Source: Candidatus Woesearchaeota archaeon (GTDB lineage: Archaea; Nanobdellota; Nanobdellia; SCGC-AAA011-G17; JACPNG01). Taken from it: 48,816 nt of DNA. The stretch's first letter is position 1. Each line of letters starts with the position of its first letter. The position numbers were made by a program, and so were the translations under genes. Below the pieces are notes generated by a model, which was given only the letters and a program-made list of their open reading frames with translations, made no database searches and had not been told where the DNA came from. Positions 45,670 through 48,816 of this stretch are shown here, piece by piece. The stretch lies in the NCBI GenBank assembly GCA_016203135.1, contig JACQNI010000025.1:1-48816 (forward strand), read 5' to 3'.

Positions 45670-45833
45670 GCAAAAAACCTTTAGCAAAGAAATTAAGATT
45701 GGGAAAAAAATCTAGCCAAACTAGATGGGCCCCTTTTTGGACTGTTGCAAAAATCTATAGAAGAAACAGAGTTCATCCTGGAAGGCATACTTATGTTAAA
45801 AGAAGTTGGAGAAGAACCAGAACAAAAAGTTAA
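45666..45833 (+). CDS. rpl39e: ribosomal protein eL39
   Basis: 55 aa, below the track cutoff. Hand-translated as MSKKPLAKKLRLGKKSSQTRWAPFWTVAKIYRRNRVHPGRHTYVKRSWRRTRTKS*. ATGA overlap with the upstream gene. Confidence 0.85.
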   Translation: MSKKPLAKKLRLGKKSSQTRWAPFWTVAKIYRRNRVHPGRHTYVKRSWRRTRTKS

Positions 45834-45835
45834 AA

Positions 45836-46297
45836 ATGGCAAATCTTGAAAGACTATACACAATACCCTTAAGAAAGAAATTCCTTAAGGCTCCAAGGTA
45901 TAAAAGAAGTAAAAAAGTTATTTCTACAATAAGAACTTTCATAAGCAAAAATATGAAAAATCCAACAGTAAAAATTGGTTCTATGTTAAATGAAGAAGTT
46001 TTAAAGCATGGCAGAAAAAATCCCCCTCATAAAATAAGGGTCAAAGCTATAAGATATGATGAGCCAAGTTTTGTAAAAGTAGATTTGCCAAATGCAGTTT
46101 TTGAAGATCCATTAAAAGAAAAAGGAAAGAAGGAAAAGAAAAAGGAGAAAGAAGAATTAAAAGAAGAAGAGCTAGAAAAAAAAGAAGTTCTTGAGCATGC
46201 AAAGCTAGAGCATCATCCAGAAGAAAAAATAAAAGTAGAAAAAGGAAAAAAACCTTCTAGAAAAGAAAAAGTAATAAGTGAAACAGGCAAGAGATAA
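45836..46297 (+). CDS. rpl31e: ribosomal protein eL31 with long Lys/Glu-rich C-terminal tail
   Basis: 153 aa from ATG 45836 (the track start 45806 is a non-ATG upstream start that overlaps the rpl39e 3' end). YTIPLRK...PRYKRSKKVIS.IR.F. The core is about 85 aa, followed by about 65 aa of a K/E tail. Confidence 0.85.
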   Translation: MANLERLYTIPLRKKFLKAPRYKRSKKVISTIRTFISKNMKNPTVKIGSMLNEEVLKHGRKNPPHKIRVKAIRYDEPSFVKVDLPNAVFEDPLKEKGKKEKKKEKEELKEEELEKKEVLEHAKLEHHPEEKIKVEKGKKPSRKEKVISETGKR

Positions 46298-46327
46298 TCT
46301 TTTATAACTTTTTATCAACTAAGTTCT

Positions 46328-47327
46328 ATGGAAAAGCTCCCATTTGAAAGAGAACTAAAAATTTTAACAAGAAAAGAGTCAGAAACAGATCCAAGTTTTG
46401 GTGTAATACCAGAAAAAAGATCTACTGAAGAGCTATTAAATTATGGAGTATTAACAATAAACAAACCACAAGGGCCGACTTCACATCAAGTTGCAGATTA
46501 TGTTAAAAAAATACTTCATATAGACAAAGCTGGTCATGGTGGGACTCTAGATAAATAAGAGAAATCCCAATGTAACCGGTATTTTGCCAGTAGCCCTTGG
46601 AAAAGCGACAAGAATAGCTCAAGCATTGTTAAAATCTGGAAAAGAATATGTTTGTATAATGCATTTACACTCAGATATAGACGAAGAAAAAATAAGAAAA
46701 GCAATGCAGGAATACATTGGCAAGATTCAGCAAATGCCTCCAATAAAAAGCGCTGTTAAAAGACAATTAAGAACCAGAGAAATTTATTACATAGACATTC
46801 TTGAAATAAAAGGAAAAGACGTTTTGTTCAAGATTGGCTGCCAAGCAGGAACTTATATAAGAAAATATTGTCATGATTTTGGAAAAAGACTAAATACAGA
46901 TGCACATATGCAGGAATTAATAAGAACAAAAGCCGGCCCTTTTACAGACAAAGAAATGTATTCCTTGCATGACTTGCAAGATGCTTATGTCTTCTACAAA
47001 GAAGGTGATGATAAAGAACTAAGAAAAATAATAAAGCCAATAGAATTCGCAGTTCAACACTTGCCAAAGATCTGGGTTTTTGATTCTGCTGTCGATAGCC
47101 TATGTCATGGCTCTTCTTTATACTTTGGCGGTATATCAAAATTAAATTCTGACATAGAAAAAGAAGATTTGGTTGCAGTTCTGACCTTAAAAAATGAATT
47201 GGTTGGTCTTGGTTATTCAGAAGCAACTAGCAAAGAACTGCTAGAACAAGAAAAAGGAATTGCTGTAAAAACATCAAAGGTTTTTATGGATATAAACATA
47301 TATCAAAAATTAACAAATAAAATATAA
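46328..47327 (+). CDS. cbf5: pseudouridine synthase Cbf5 (TruB family + PUA), join(46328..46550,46564..47327) after removal of a 13-nt intron
   Basis: Two abutting track ORFs carry KAGHGGTLD... and ...PNVTGILPVALGKATR. Splicing gives GHGGTLDPNVTGILPVALG and a 328-aa protein of normal Cbf5 length with a C-terminal PUA-like region. Confidence 0.85.
46551..46563 (+). other. 13-nt bulge-helix-bulge intron in cbf5 pre-mRNA
   Basis: T-GGGA-CTCT-AG|A-TAAATA-AGAG-AA|A-TCCC-A. Outer helix 46540-44/46565-69. Central 4-bp helix 46545-48/46558-61. 3-nt bulge AAA. The excised segment ATAAATAAGAGAA contains the in-frame TAA. Confidence 0.75.
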
Positions 47328-47350
47328 ACAGAAAAAACTTAAAAAATAAC

Positions 47351-48199
47351 ATGAAAATATTAGTTATAGGAGATTTTCACGGAAATTTCTCAAAAAAATT
47401 TAATAAAATAATTGATAAAGAGAATATAAACTTAGTTGTTTCCCTTGGTGATTATCCTCCTTTTCATTACAGAAAAATCTGGTTTAAACATTGTTATCGA
47501 AAAGATGTTGAACTCTGGGAGGTTATAGGAAAGAAAAAATATAAAGAATTAGTTTCTAAGGATTTAAGACTAGCGGAAAACGCATTAAACAAATTAAATA
47601 AACTTAAAGTGCCTATTTATACTACTCTTGGAAATATTGATTGGCCTTCTCCAGATGATATTATGGACATTATGAAGAAAACTAAAAAATCAATGCCAAA
47701 CTTTGATAAAAAGGATAGATTAACAAAAAGATTAAAGAATTATAAAAATATAAAAAGACTTGACTATCGAGCACTAAAGTTTAAAGATTATGTTTTTATT
47801 GGAATGAGGGGGCACAGCCATCCCGGGAAAGTTAAAAGTAAAGCATTTAGAAAACATAAGAAAATCATTGAAGGATTATTTAAAAAATTTAAAAAAGAAA
47901 ATAAAAATAATAAAGTTATTTTTGTTTCTCATAATGTTCCTTACAATACCAAATTAGACAAAATAGGAAAACATGCCCATAAAGAAGTAAGAGGAAAACA
48001 TTTTGGCTCTAAATTAGCAAAAAGAATTATTACAAAGTACCAACCAATTTTAGCTTTGGGAGGCCATATACATGAATCATCTGGAAGAGACAAAATAAAA
48101 AAAACAACCATAATAAATCCGGGCGCAGCAAATGTGGGGAAAGGAGCCATTATTGAAATTGTCAAAGGGAGTATAAAAAATATAGAATTCCTTAAATGA
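47351..48199 (+). CDS. calcineurin-like metallophosphoesterase
   Basis: 282 aa. The motif series is VIGDFHG, LGDY, GNIDWP, VSHNVP and GGHIHES. Confidence 0.8.
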   Translation: MKILVIGDFHGNFSKKFNKIIDKENINLVVSLGDYPPFHYRKIWFKHCYRKDVELWEVIGKKKYKELVSKDLRLAENALNKLNKLKVPIYTTLGNIDWPSPDDIMDIMKKTKKSMPNFDKKDRLTKRLKNYKNIKRLDYRALKFKDYVFIGMRGHSHPGKVKSKAFRKHKKIIEGLFKKFKKENKNNKVIFVSHNVPYNTKLDKIGKHAHKEVRGKHFGSKLAKRIITKYQPILALGGHIHESSGRDKIKKTTIINPGAANVGKGAIIEIVKGSIKNIEFLK

Positions 48200-48285
48200 T
48201 GTTCATATAATTAATAATAGATTTGCAAATTTTTAAGGAATTTATCACAAAAAGCTTATTAATAAGCATTTATCTCTATATAAAT

Positions 48286-48816
48286 ATGAGAGATAAAGTT
48301 TTAAAGATACTTAAAGATTCTATAAAAAAATTTAAAGAGATTAAAAAAATTGAATTAATAGCTATATTCGGTTCTATTCTCAGTAAGAGAAATTCTAATT
48401 TTAAAGATTTAGACATTATCTCAATTTCTGACAAAAATACAAATAAAAAATTTATTTCCCATCTTAAAAAAAATTTAAATGACAATGGATTTAAGACAAT
48501 TATTTTTGAAACAATCACAAAAAAACCAAAAAAGAGAGAAGAAAAAATATTTATCCATAATTTAAATTACATTAGTTTATCTGACTTGCTAAAAAGAGAA
48601 TGGAAATCAGTAATCAACACAATGAAATCAGATATGGTTATCCTACATGGAGATAAAAACTTTAAAAATAAACTACCTTCCTACAAGGTATCTAAAAAAG
48701 AGCTTTTAAATCCAATCAAAAGTTGGTCTAAAAAGATATCAAATGAGGAGGAATTCAAAAATTTTAAAGATTATCTTACTAAAATAACTCCAAGACTATT
48801 AAAGGATTATAATTAC
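48286..48816 (+). CDS. Pol-beta-superfamily nucleotidyltransferase domain protein (MNT-like), 3' end outside window
   Basis: Absent from the track because it is open at the window end. It reads MRDKVLKILKDSIKKFKEIKKIELIAIFGSILSKRNSNFKDLDIISISD..., with the G-S-x(n)-D-x-D signature. Confidence 0.6.
   Translation, partial: MRDKVLKILKDSIKKFKEIKKIELIAIFGSILSKRNSNFKDLDIISISDKNTNKKFISHLKKNLNDNGFKTIIFETITKKPKKREEKIFIHNLNYISLSDLLKREWKSVINTMKSDMVILHGDKNFKNKLPSYKVSKKELLNPIKSWSKKISNEEEFKNFKDYLTKITPRLLKDYNY

Noticed and set aside
46520-46600. Reading cbf5 as a frameshifted pseudogene, a programmed ribosomal frameshift, or two independently translated fragments
   Set aside because: The 13 nt that must disappear are bounded precisely by a 4-bp helix/3-nt bulge motif with the standard endonuclease cut positions. 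The second fragment has only a TTG pseudo-start inside the conserved LPVALG motif. I saw no slippery heptamer. A 13-nt assembly artefact cannot be excluded without reads.
48254-48267. 14-bp perfect palindrome GCTTATTAATAAGC between the phosphoesterase and nucleotidyltransferase genes, considered as a terminator hairpin or operator
   Set aside because: It has no loop and is AT-rich. It is centred about 25 nt upstream of ATG 48286, so it is most simply the TATA region (TTATTAATAA) of that gene. It was not distinctive enough to report as a finding.
48276-48518. 80-aa minus-strand ORF at the right end
   Set aside because: The plus strand carries an open frame from ATG 48286 to the window end with a nucleotidyltransferase G-S..D-x-D motif. 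The minus ORF is its shadow.
1-48816. Search for CRISPR arrays, rRNA genes, IS elements, integrases, toxin-antitoxin or known defence genes
   Set aside because: By eye I found no regularly spaced direct repeats, no transposase- or integrase-like ORFs and no rRNA-like segments. The only mobile-type element is the aRF1 intein. The MNT-like nucleotidyltransferase at the right edge lacks a visible HEPN partner inside the window.

Overview
Strongly AT-rich, very gene-dense archaeal chromosome segment of about 60 genes. Many genes share 1-4 nt ATGA/TAATG overlaps, and most have TATA boxes about 25 nt from the start codon. Archaeal identity is clear from PCNA, TFS, RpoL, aRF1, eS19/eL39/eL31, Cbf5, AglB/STT3, deoxyhypusine synthase, aIF5A, MBF1, archaemetzincin and prepilin-type (class III) signal peptides. 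Composition and shortened proteins suggest a reduced DPANN-type genome (inference). Layout: 1-16.5 kb is an envelope glycosylation block with an epimerase, methyltransferase, deacetylase, GT2s, two GT9s, a HIT protein and several GT-C membrane enzymes including canonical AglB. 16.6-26.7 kb holds the S-layer gene, pilin-like genes, deoxyhypusine synthase and a 1187-aa cysteine-rich surface protein. 26.8-33 kb holds PCNA, TFS, signal peptidase, RpoL, a DNA glycosylase and MBF1. 33-38 kb is a second envelope block: a CxxC thioredoxin-like protein, a processive GT2 and two degenerate STT3-like proteins. 38-48.8 kb holds ScpB, aRF1, ValRS, tRNA-Phe, dCMP deaminase, a ribosomal protein cluster, Cbf5 and a phosphoesterase. 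Three intervening elements sit in functional cores. (1) A 13-nt bulge-helix-bulge intron splits cbf5 at the catalytic Asp codon. (2) A 131-aa mini-intein sits inside the GGQ motif of aRF1. (3) A 30-nt non-canonical D-loop intron sits in tRNA-Phe. Other leads are a pilin-like gene coupled to a giant Cys-rich membrane/surface protein, a single-domain 64-aa aIF5A, and an expansion of GT-C/STT3-like membrane proteins. I saw no CRISPR array, rRNA, transposase or integrase. The ORF track uses TTG/GTG as starts, so I moved several starts to downstream ATGs.
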